From the NCBI RefSeq assembly GCF_006345805.1, contig NC_042998.1, forward strand, positions 77,066,001 through 77,130,000: a DNA stretch of 64,000 nt. Reading direction: 5' to 3'. The DNA comes from Octopus sinensis. Lineage: Eukaryota. A program made the translations under genes and the position numbers. Under the pieces are notes generated by a model. The model saw only the letters and a program-made list of their open reading frames with translations, was not told the origin of the DNA and made no database searches. Shown here piece by piece: positions 53,678 to 64,000 of this stretch (positions are counted from its first letter, which is position 1; every line of letters begins with the position of its first letter).

Positions 53678-53859
53678 ACATGTTCCTGCATTCATACATG
53701 TATCTGCATCCATATCTATTCATACACAGAAATACACCAACCCACATATACATATATATGGGGGTGGCGTGGGTGTGTGTGTGTGCTTGCGTTTGTATGT
53801 ATATCTACTCATATATATATATATATAATGTCTATCTGCATATACATACATACACGCAT

Positions 53860-53904
<45 letters not shown>

Positions 53905-53906
<2 letters not shown>

Positions 53907-54320
53907 TGCAGGTGTGACGGTGTAGTAAGAAGCTTCCTTCCTAACCACATAGCTCCAGGTTCAGTCTCACTGCGTGGCACCTTGGTCATTTGTTTTCTAC
54001 TATAACCTCGGGCTCACTAAATCCTTATGAGTGGGTTTGCTAGAGAGAAATTGAAAGAGGCCTGTCTTGTATATGTATATGTATATGTGTATGTGTGTGT
54101 ATCATTGCGCCTGTTTTTACCCCCACTATCGCTTGACAACCGGTGTTGGTGTGTTTAAGTCCCCATAATTAGCAGTTTGGCAAAAGTGACTGATAAAATA
54201 AGTCCTAGAATTTCAAAAAATATGTCTTGGAGTCAATTTGTTCGACTAAAATACCCTTTAAGATGGTGCTGCAGAACATCTCCTGTTAAACGATTAAAAC
54301 AAGTAAGAAAATAAAAAAAA
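53905..54320 (+). mobile_element. CORE-like SINE followed by a SINE 3' body
   Basis: GGTTCAGTCTCACTGCGTGGCACCTTGG..., then CGCTTGACAACCGGTGTTGGTGTGTTTAAGTCCCC...GATGGTGCTGCAG. Confidence 0.75.
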
Positions 54321-54639
54321 GAATATATTATGTATGTATGTATGTATGTATGTTTGCATTCATGTGTGCATAAAATTTAATTTTTCAACGGCTTCGAAGT
54401 TTCTTTGGTAGTTGTTATTAGATAGCGTCAAATACTGCTGAAACATCGTTTCAACACCTTTTTATTCTAGTTTTCTAACGAGTCCTTATTGCAGCAAATG
54501 TATACAGTTTTGTAATCTTATTTTTCTGGTAAAATAAATAAAACAGCATATCTGTCTCATGTGTCAAGTAACCGAATACTTACTCGTAAACTACCAGCTT
54601 GTTGAAACTGACCTTTGTTTTTCTTTTTTCTTTTTTTTT

Positions 54640-55400
54640 TTTGCATACAGGGAAGGAAATGTTGGATGCCTCTGGTCATTTTAGAAGAATTCCCAGCGTC
54701 AGATAATGACGTGGAGGTCCCATCATCCTATAGCTTCATGTCATCAACAACAACTATAACAGATCAACATAATATGGTGGCCACCGCGATCAGATATTTG
54801 TTGCACAATAATATCAGGTGCAGCTTTTTACATGATGGATTTACATCAGTTTATATCCTTCAAGTCCTGGAAGAACCGTGTGATAATGAGATCTCTAAAA
54901 TCGTGAAACCTCTAACGCAGTGGTTCCGAAACTATGATCGCGACCCACAGATGGGTCGCGAACGGAATCTTAGTGGGTCGCAAAAAGTTATAAAATTACG
55001 CATCAGCTTTGATTAACTACTGTCTATCGAGATAGTTCAGGAGAGTTAAGTGGGTCGTCATAAACTGGTGTGATGAATAGTGGGTCGCGACTCTAAAAAG
55101 TTTGGGAACCACTGCTCTAACGTACCTGATTTGAACCCTAAATACCACAGCGTTTGTGATGCTAACGGGGTGAGGGTGTATTGATGTTTCCGCAGCCCCA
55201 GACTCTGTACGGGGACTGCCGTATGAAGGCATATAGTCGCTACCATCGCTGCTTCGCAGCTGTCATTGCTACCTGGGGCGTAATGTTTTCGTGTGAAATT
55301 AAGAAGGTCTACAAACAGAAAACAATACCGACGGCAAATTAGTGTCCTTCCTATAATATGATTCACGTAGTTTATCAAATCAGTATGTGCAAACTGTCGA
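54640..55400 (+). mobile_element. Decayed Tc1/mariner-type transposase fragment
   Basis: GRKCWMPLVILEE...RCSFLHDG (FQQDG-like)...EISKIVKP. After removing the MITE, a frameshifted PDLNPKYHSVCD follows (SPDLNP-like motif). Confidence 0.45.
54918..55114. mobile_element. 197-bp hAT-type MITE with perfect 8-bp TSD
   Basis: TIRs CAGTGGTTCCGAAACT and AGTTTGGGAACCACTG; TSD CTCTAACG at 54910-54917 and 55115-55122. Confidence 0.9.
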
Positions 55401-55624
55401 CGACCGGACGAACTATGTTAACGCTTTCGAATAAACAAACAACATCTGGAGGTAAGCGTTAGTTTCAGTTCAGCAAATGAAATTAATAGCATAATAACAA
55501 TTTCTGTTTCTTTAGTTCGTTACATATATTTTCTTATAATTGATATAGGATAAAATTTTTTCGGGAAAAATATTTTATCAATGGCCAGCATATCAAAAAA
55601 TGCCTTTAAAGGTAAAATTTATAC

Positions 55625-55782
55625 ATAATTTACAAGATAAGGGCAGAAGAAAAATTCTAATGCCAGATACGCCAAAAACAAAAAATTGTCGATAACCATT
55701 GAATTTAATGGTTATCGACAATTATTTGTTTTCGGCGTATCTGGCATTAGAATTTTTCTTCTGCCCTTATCTTGTAAATTAT
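55625..55782. repeat. Near-perfect hairpin, ~76-bp arms, 6-nt loop
   Basis: ATAATTTACAAGATAAGGGCAG...GATAACCATT-gaattt-AATGGTTATC...CTTGTAAATTAT. The arm sequence recurs at 10553-10574 and 10796-10950. Confidence 0.9.
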
Positions 55783-55988
55783 ATTTTCTTATACTTACAC
55801 AAAGATACATACACATGCAAAACCTAAAAAACAAAAACAAAAGCATATATAAATGTACATATTTCTGTTATACGTGCATATGTCTATGTCTATGTACACA
55901 TATATGTATAAATGCCGGACGATGAAAATGAGTGTTCAACACTGCATTGGTGGATATATCTTTATATAAAAATACACACACAACTATA

Positions 55989-56024
<36 letters not shown>

Positions 56025-56027
<3 letters not shown>

Positions 56028-56472
56028 TGACGTATATTTGCCATTTGAATATGGCTAACCCCTAAGGGTGGATGCTACTGTAGTTTGTAGCCCCAGGAAG
56101 ACACCTCCTCCAGCTGGCTATAGACACACTTTCTGTGCCCTATCAGTATTTGTGAAGGGAAGTCATCATTCCCGTCTTCAACTTATGATACACACGGACT
56201 CGAGTTTCAAGGTATTGACCTATCATCGGCGTGTGACAATCATAGTTGTCGACGAGAAGTCAGTTCCCCTCAAAAATTCATATACTTTGAAACTCGAGTC
56301 CATGTGTATCATAAGTTGAAGACGAGAAGGATGACTTCCCTTCACAAATACTGATAGGGCACAGAAAGTGTGTCTATAGCCAGCTGGAGGAGGTGTCTTC
56401 CTGGGGCTACAAACTACAGTAGCATCCACCCTTAGGGGTTAGCCATATTCAAATGGCAAATATACGTCACGA
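56025..56472. mobile_element. 448-bp MITE with ~190-bp near-perfect TIRs
   Basis: TCGTGACG...CGTCACGA, arms 56025-56215 and 56282-56472, 66-bp spacer. Flanks are TA and TG. The ORF track gives the same peptide on both strands. Confidence 0.9.
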
Positions 56473-56630
56473 TGTGTTGCCGCTACTGTTTATAACTCGC
56501 TCTGAGATTTATAATTATATATATATAAATTTAATCCAAACATGAAAACACAAAGAGAAAACACAACAACGCGAAGACGTGGAACAATTATAGTATTATT
56601 GGACGTTCAGGAAAGAAGGAAAGAAGGAGG

Positions 56631-56665
56631 GCTTAATGTTTCGAGCGGAGCTCTTCGTCAGAAAC
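56631..56665 (-). ncRNA. Minimal type-I hammerhead ribozyme motif in a Penelope-type repeat (56530-56760)
   Basis: Minus strand: GTTT-CTGACGA-A-GAGC-tcc-GCTC-GAAA-CATT-AAGC. The core, stem II and stem I are intact; stem III has a C-A mismatch. Confidence 0.7.
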
Positions 56666-57018
56666 ATAGGAAAAGGAAGGATCCAAAGAAGGGAAGACGG
56701 CGGAAAAAAATCGTCTACAGTACACACGCAGTCACATCATATATATGCGCGTCTACGATGAGTCTACGATTTTAAAAATAATTTAACATAATTTTTTATT
56801 CCATTTTAATGCATAATTTTTCGTGTGTCGATGGCGGCGGAGTTGGCGTCCATGGTCACACCTGCGTTCTTTTAGAACAACGACTTCATGGCTTGAAGAC
56901 ACCAAAACAGAAATGGCTAAGAAAGCCCGAATTGGCATCTATAAGGGAAGTAACTCTCTAAAAATGCTTATATAGTTATTTCCCTTACAAACCCGAGCAA
57001 CGCCGGGCGATACTGCTA

Positions 57019-57055
<37 letters not shown>

Positions 57056-57133
57056 ATACAGATATATACAAATATATGTGCAGGCGTGATTGTGTGGCAA
57101 GAACCTACTTCCTTGGACCTTTCCTTTTTCTAT

Positions 57134-57167
57134 GTTTCTGACGAAGAGCTCCGCTCGAAACATTAAC
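57134..57167 (+). ncRNA. Minimal type-I hammerhead ribozyme motif in the inverted partner repeat (57105-57265)
   Basis: GTTT-CTGACGA-A-GAGC-tcc-GCTC-GAAA-CATT-AAC. Confidence 0.7.
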
Positions 57168-57262
57168 TTCTCTTTCTTTCTTTCCTTTCCTGAGCGTCGA
57201 ATAACACTAAACTTGTTCCTCGTCCTCGCATTGTTGTGTTTTCCCTTTGTTCATGTTTGGAT

Positions 57263-57325
<63 letters not shown>

Positions 57326-57639
57326 CACTAGCTAAGCTAGTATGTAGCGTTTAAGCAAAAACCCCGAATGGGAAGATCTGCAAGCACATCTCCGACTTGT
57401 TTTTGTTGTAATTGCTTCCTCCAGAGTCATATTCCAACGATGATCATATTCATCGCTAAAAATCATGTAAAAATATTGTCGAATTCACTCGCAGTAATAA
57501 AAATATAGGAATCCAAATTTTCAAGATTGCAGGTCGGATTCGGCTCGGTATGTTTTTAAGTTAGTCACGGAGTCAGCGTGATTCCAAAATAGTATGGTAT
57601 GATGGGCTACAGAATGAAGTTGAAAAAGAGTTTCACACT

Positions 57640-58216
57640 GACACATTGACATTCACATTTATTATACTAAATATGTTTAATTATGGGGAAACTGTATTTC
57701 AAATAAAATGTATTATATATATATATGTGTGTGTGCGCGCGTGCGTGTGTGCGTATATGTATATATGTACACACATACACATACACACATATGTTTGTAT
57801 AAAGAAATCAAAGGATAAAACAAAATTGATAGTGTTCAGTAGTTGGTCCAGTATGTTGTCCACAGGAATTTCCCTCTTTCTCTCACATACCCACTCTTTG
57901 TCTCTCTCTTATTATTACTCCCAATTGCAACCACCAACAGTACTACTTTTAATAAACCGTCCTCCCTAAATTTCTTAGTCTTTCTTTCTTTCCCCCTATT
58001 TTCTTTGTTTGTTTGTGTGTTTGTTTCTATCTCTCTATCTCTTCGGCCCCGCCCTCACCGTGTCTATGCCTACTATTACTTTCATCCCAACACAGAAATT
58101 ACTTTTCGCATTTATTATATTAAATGTTTAATTTTGGGGAAACTATTTCAATTAAAGTGTATTATGCATATATATATATATATACATGTGTGTGTGTATG
58201 TATGTATTTATGCATG

Positions 58217-58247
<31 letters not shown>

Positions 58248-58298
58248 TTGTGTGTGTGTATGTGTGTGTGCGCGCGTGTGTGTGTGTGTATGTGTGTG

Positions 58299-58329
<31 letters not shown>

Positions 58330-58451
58330 TAAAGAAAACAAAATATAAAACAAAAGTGATAGTGCCCAGTACCTGACTCAGTATGCTGGCCATAGGAATT
58401 TCTATCCCAGAAAATTGTACATCCTCTTCCTCTATCTCTCACATAACTACT

Positions 58452-58517
<66 letters not shown>

Positions 58518-58780
58518 ATTACTCCCATTGCCACCATCATCACTGCCACTTTTAATAAAACATCATCAACTCTCCATAAGTTTCTTTGTCTCTCTTTTTC
58601 TAGCTCTCTCTCTCTGTCTCTGTCTCTGTCTTCGCCACCATCCTCACTGTCTCTATGCCTACTATTACTTTCACTCCAGTACAAAGAAGTGTCATTCAAT
58701 AGTGAGAGAAGGGGGCTCAAAGTGTGACACACTGACACACGGAAATTAGCTTTTACATTTATTATATTAGATATATATAA
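57640..58780 (+). repeat. Diverged local tandem duplication (~450-650-bp units with internal microsatellites)
   Basis: CATTTATTATA.TAAATATGTTTAATT.TGGGGAAACT and AAAGAAA..AAA.ATAAAACAAAA.TGATAGTG recur at ~57655/58105 and ~57800/58330. A third start lies at ~58745. Confidence 0.8.
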
Positions 58781-59159
58781 TTAAAAAAAGATGTAGTAAA
58801 ATAAACATACGAACATATACTAAATACACAGATGAACAGAAAACACAGAAGGTCACCGACTCCCCTTCAGTTAACAGCCAGAGGGTCGAACGCAATTTCG
58901 GCCATTATCAAGGACATTGCTTCCACTCTGATGGCACCTGCAAGACACATGCCGGGAATGAGACAAAAACATAACAAAACGAGATAGGCTCTTGACGAGA
59001 CCGTCGTCAGTCGGACGTGGGACAAGACAATATGTAGAATAAAGGCTAAGAGCCAAACACACACACATATATATGCATCAATTGTTTTGGAGAATTTGTT
59101 GTAATTGCTTCCTCCAGAGTTATATTCCAACGATGATCACATTCATCGCTAAAAATCAT

Positions 59160-59590
59160 CTATCTATATATTTCTTTATTTCCCAGAATGGGCTAAATAT
59201 AGAGGGGACAAACAAAGACAGACAAAGGGATTAAGTCGATCACATCGACCCTAGTGCGTAACTGGTACTTTATTTATCGACCCCGAAAGAATGAAAGGCA
59301 AAGTCGACCTCGGCGGAATTTGATCTCAGAACGTAACGACAGACGAAATACCTATTTTTTTACTACCCACAAGGGGCTAAACATAGAGGGGACAAACAAG
59401 GACACACACACGGATTAAGTCGATCATATCGACCCCAGTGCGTAATGGGTACTTATTTAATCGCCCCCGAAAGGGTCAAATGCAAAGTCGATCTGAGCGG
59501 AATTTGAACTCGGAACGTAAAGACAGACGAAATACCGCTAAGCATTTCGCCTGGCGTGCTAACGTTTCTGTCAGCTCGCCGCCTCTATCT
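59160..59590 (-). mobile_element. Two tandem minus-strand Deu/Nin-like SINEs
   Basis: The block AAACATAGAGGGGACAAACAAG...GATTAAGTCGATCA.ATCGACCC...GTAC is repeated, with a tRNA-like head at ~59500-59585. Confidence 0.8.
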
Positions 59591-60997
59591 GTTTATCTAT
59601 ATTTCTATGGCTATATCTTGCTTGGTTAAGTAATTAGAGTGTTGTACTCATGATAGTAATATTGCGGATTCGAATCTTGGACTGGACGATGCGATGTTTT
59701 CTTGAGCAAAACACTTCACGCTACTTGAATCCATTCGGTGCCAAACATAGTAAACTTACGACGGTCCCTTCCCGTGTCCAACGTTAAGGGATGGGGGGAT
59801 TTTAAACCGTAGCATCCATGAAACCGGCCTTATGAATCTTTGGCCTCCTTTTTTTATTTATATCTCCTTATATCTACATCTTTTTGTCATTTCTATATAT
59901 GCATATATGTGTGCATGTATATACAGACACAGACTCAGACAGACACACCGTCGCATACAGACAGACAGACAGACACACACACACATACACACACACACAC
60001 ACACACATATATATATGAATATGTAGAATTGTGTGATGATTGTTAATTCATATTGTCATTTCCCATGTGTCTAATAAAAATATGCAGTCTGAATTATGCT
60101 TCTTAAGGGACATTGCTAAATGTGATATCAATTACATTGCTATTTCACGGGCTCTTAGACTCTCATATGGAAAGACAAAATCGCCACACATTATATTTAT
60201 ATCAGCAAATATATATAATGGCCTTGTATCTATTTACGTGTTTATCAAATAAGATTCTCCGTTTCGTTTGGTATGGTATTTTTCAACAGTGTTAAATATT
60301 AACTGTTTATGTCATTAAGATGATTTAAGTGGCAATATGAAGAAACACAAGTCTAAAAATAGGAAGAAAGAAAATATTCAGCAGACTTAAGATAAAAAGC
60401 AAAAAAAAAAAAAAAGGATCGTGCTGTTGATATATTGATAAACAAGGAAACAAAGAAATAATAACTATTCCTCTCTCTCTCTCTCTGCGGGAGTATATAT
60501 GTGTGTGTCTGTTTGCGCGTGTGTATGTGTATATATGTAAAGAATATACATGAATGTATATACATAGACATACATGCATACATGCACACATACATACAGA
60601 CATACATACATACAGACAGACAGACAGATACACGTACATATACAAACACATATATAAATTCGTTTGCCAAAATGCTGGGGTACCTCTGTGAGGGATTTTA
60701 GTTGAGCAGATCGATCTCAGAACTTATTTTTAAACCTAGTACTTTGTCTAAGTTACAGGAACGTAAACACACCAACACGGGTCGTCAAGCGGTAATTGGG
60801 AGGGACAAACACAGACACTAATTTACACACACACACACACACCACACACACACACACAACACACACACACACTTATATATATATATGTGTGTGTGTGTGC
60901 GTGTGTTTGTGTGTGTGCGTGTGTGTGTGTGTATGTGTGTATGTGTGTGTGTGTGTGTGTGTGCAAATATAATATGTGACAATTATTCGATAGCCAT

Positions 60998-61059
60998 AAT
61001 AAAACTCCGAGTTTCGGATGTCGGGGAGGAAACCCACCCCGACATCTCTTTAGTTATCC
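60998..61059 (-). ncRNA. Hammerhead-like motif with a core mutation
   Basis: Minus strand: GGATAA-CTAAAGA-GATGTCGGGG-loop-CCCCGACATC-C-GAAA-CT-cgg-AG-TT-TTATT. Stems I, II (10 bp) and III all pair, but core position G5 is A. Confidence 0.6.
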
Positions 61060-61066
61060 GGCCATG

Positions 61067-61123
<57 letters not shown>

Positions 61124-61827
61124 CGACGAGATTCTTTCAGTTTCCGACAACTAAATCCACTCACAAGGCTTTGGTCGACCTGAGGCTATAGTAGGAGACA
61201 CTTACGTAAGGCTTCTTACTTCACAGTCACATACATGCATACATACATACATACATGCATACATATATGCATTAAAATAGACTATCCGGAATGTTACCTT
61301 TAGTCATGGAGCTTAAAAAATAAATGAAGTACAAACATGGTTTGATTCAACACGTATCAGAATCAAATGATATAACATGCATGAAACATAGTAAATGATA
61401 CAGACAAGAGAAACAATAAATCTGTCAATTTGTTCCTTTCTCATTGACACTTGTAAGTTTTCATTCTTCTTCCATGAATCAACTAACAACCATTTACCAT
61501 GTCATAGTCAGTTCCCTTTATAAGCGAGTTAATAGACCATCTTACTACAATTCTTTCGCGAACACTTTTGACAAAAATGACAGCCAGTTAGTTATTACGT
61601 GATTATGTAGTAAGGATTATATAAACGACTTACAGTATTACTGCTCACTTCACATTCCTTCATATCATTTGTCAGCCACAAGATGTTGAAGCAATTGTAA
61701 ACCGGTAAATAAATGTAAATACCTGCAAATCCATTCTTCAATTGGTAAACGTAAATATATGTATATGGTGTATGTGTATATGTATACCTGTATATGTATG
61801 CATGTATATGAAGGCATCTATCTATCT

Positions 61828-61880
<53 letters not shown>

Positions 61881-62659
61881 ATCATATATAAGCGCACACA
61901 CACTCACACACTCACGTACGCACACTCCAGCACGGCCGCAGTTTGAAACAACTAAAAGAATAAAAGAATATATACACATATATACACACACACATATATA
62001 TATGTATACATACATACGTATATATATGTGACTCTTTCCTTTACTGTTTCCACCCTCTCTCTCTCCCACTTTCGTTTTCTCTCTCATCCTTACTCTAATT
62101 CTTTTTCTCTACCAGATATATATCTACACACCTACACCCATACAGTCAATACCTATACTTCACTTGCACCCGTACCTAAATTCCAGGTTCCATTAACTTG
62201 TTCTGCAAATGTGATAAGAACCGATGCTGATCATAGTTTAATCAATAAGAGTAAGCTCGAGGTAAATGCAGCAAAAATAGTGCGGGGTGGGGGTCAGAGC
62301 CCCCCCCATACTTAAACGGCCCTTGAGGAATTGAAATTCCTTACGATATTCCCTGGGAGTTCATCGTATGAAATTCATTGTAATTGCTCTGATTTGGTCG
62401 TGAATATCATATATTTTGTTTAAAATGCAGTAAAAATAGGGGGTCAATGGGCCTCCAGTTAGGCGGCCCTTAAAAAATAGACCCCTTTAGGATATTCCTT
62501 GGGGTTAAAGAAGTTGCTGGTTTGAGTTTTGTTGTCCTTACACCAATGGTCTTGGAGGAGATAACGGATAGAGAAACATCATTCAAATTTATTATAAGAC
62601 ATGGGACTGCTCAAATAAACAAAAATGAGACAAAGATACCACCAAACCACCACGCTGTG

Positions 62660-62815
62660 ATGAAAATTTCGGTTCTGCGATGAAGACGTCGGTTCTGTGA
62701 TGAAAATGTCGGCTATACCAGTGTGGAAAATATCACCCACATCATCAGCAACTGGAGCATGATATTGCAAAGATAATTTACAACGCTATCCGCAGGAAGG
62801 ATTGCCCTGACATAT
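62660..62815 (+). mobile_element. REL-LINE zinc-knuckle remnant
   Basis: RFCDENV...VENITHIISN then HDIAKIIYNAIRRKDCP. This is the same region as the RH segment at 32710-32750. Confidence 0.5.
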
Positions 62816-63463
62816 ACGTCAAAGCCATGTCAGAATCATCAGTATGTATTCAAACTGTTAATAAACAAGAAATATTGGTGGAGCTCTCCAATAAAACAGC
62901 AATTCGCTGCAATCATAACGAATACGATAATGTTTTGAGAGAGAAAGCGCAAAATCATGCACTGTAGTATATGCGTAGCTGTTCCATCAAAAAGTCCAAG
63001 AAAAAGAGAACAATTATGGCGACGAAGTTAAACTCACATTTGCACCTATCATCATAGGTGTATTAGATTATGCACCTACAATTTACACAAAAACCTACGG
63101 ATACTAGGTTTTTTGAAGAAAGAGCAAAAGTCAGATGTATATTTTCCAAATTCGGACTTAGCGGTATATTGAAGATTTGTAAGACGATACAAACATTCTC
63201 CATTCTTTAGCCGAATAGGCACACACACTTGCTGGTGTACTTCGACAGCTCAACCACCATATCAAAACAGCAAATACACTAACTCAACCACATATTTACA
63301 AACACTGGGAATTTTTTTATGCTTAGTTAGCAACTGGCTTGAACGCTTAAGAAAATCCTTTAAAAACTCCAAGGAAAACGTGCATATGTGTTTCTACGTG
63401 TGTGTCTCTGTAGCATATGTTGTATAAAGTGAAAGAAAAATTGGATTGATATATATTATGTCT

Positions 63464-63678
63464 AAGGCGGTGAATAGTTGAATCGTAACAGTTCCACGCA
63501 AAAAAAGCTTAGCAGCATGTCTGTCTTTACGTTCTGAATTCAGGTTCCGCCGAGATTGACTTGGCGTTTCAACCTTTCGGAATCGATAAATTAAGCATGA
63601 TTTGGATTCTGGGGTCAATGTAAACGACTTAAACTTCTCCTGAAATTGCTGGCCTTGTGCCAAAATTTGAAACCAATT
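63464..63678 (+). mobile_element. Full-length Deu/Nin-like tRNA SINE
   Basis: Colinear homolog of 37983-38203. Confidence 0.8.
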
Positions 63679-63813
63679 TATATTATGTCTGAAAGCAAGA
63701 AGGGAATAGACGTATATGAAATTATAACTCTATTTGATCAGGACTGATTTAAGAGCAAGTAATAGCAACGAAATACTACGCTGTTAGTATTTAAAATTAT
63801 TTGTCTTTTACAG

Positions 63814-63836
63814 GAATTATTGTATTGTGCATTAGA
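63814..63836 (+). CDS. Candidate 23-nt exon
   Basis: tttgtctttttacag|GAATTATTGTATTGTGCATTAGA|gtaaga, followed by a 76-nt intron to the next candidate exon. Confidence 0.3.
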
Positions 63837-63912
63837 GTAAGAAATTATTTTTCGTATATTGCGATTGCATCCGTATTTCAGTTCCATTTTCAACCTACTT
63901 AATTTACTTCAG

Positions 63913-63970
63913 CTAAAGTCAGTAATTTTCTTTTCCTGGCAACTATGTCCGTTACAATGTTTCAAATCCG
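63913..63970 (+). CDS. Candidate 58-nt exon, possibly encoding a signal peptide, of a gene continuing beyond the window
   Basis: ttaatttacttcag|CTAAAG...AATCCG|gtacgt. Two frames are open: (A)KVSNFLFLATMSVTMFQI(R) or LKSVIFFSWQLCPLQCFKS. Confidence 0.4.
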
Positions 63971-64000
63971 GTACGTATTTCATTTCATTATACCATTAAT

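Overview
AT-rich, microsatellite-saturated eukaryotic nuclear DNA. The tRNA-derived SINE families and (TA)n/(CA)n/(TATC)n tracts suggest an octopus-type coleoid cephalopod (inference). No complete protein-coding gene is evident, and most ORFs in the track are microsatellite artefacts. The window is dominated by mobile elements: many tRNA-headed SINEs; Penelope-like elements (RT plus GIY-YIG remnants and several hammerhead-ribozyme motifs); an ORF1-only L1/Tx1-like element inserted into a SINE head; three REL-endonuclease LINE remnants; a decayed Helitron; a Tc1/mariner remnant interrupted by an 8-bp-TSD hAT MITE; and a long-TIR MITE. At least seven long inverted repeats occur. A ~490-bp triple tandem unit carries promoter- and first-exon-like signals. 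Scattered low-confidence plus-strand exons and a possible GPCR-like pseudogene remnant are also present. The best candidates for new biology are a tRNA-head plus hammerhead element, the ORF1-only element in a SINE head, and the triplicated promoter-like unit.
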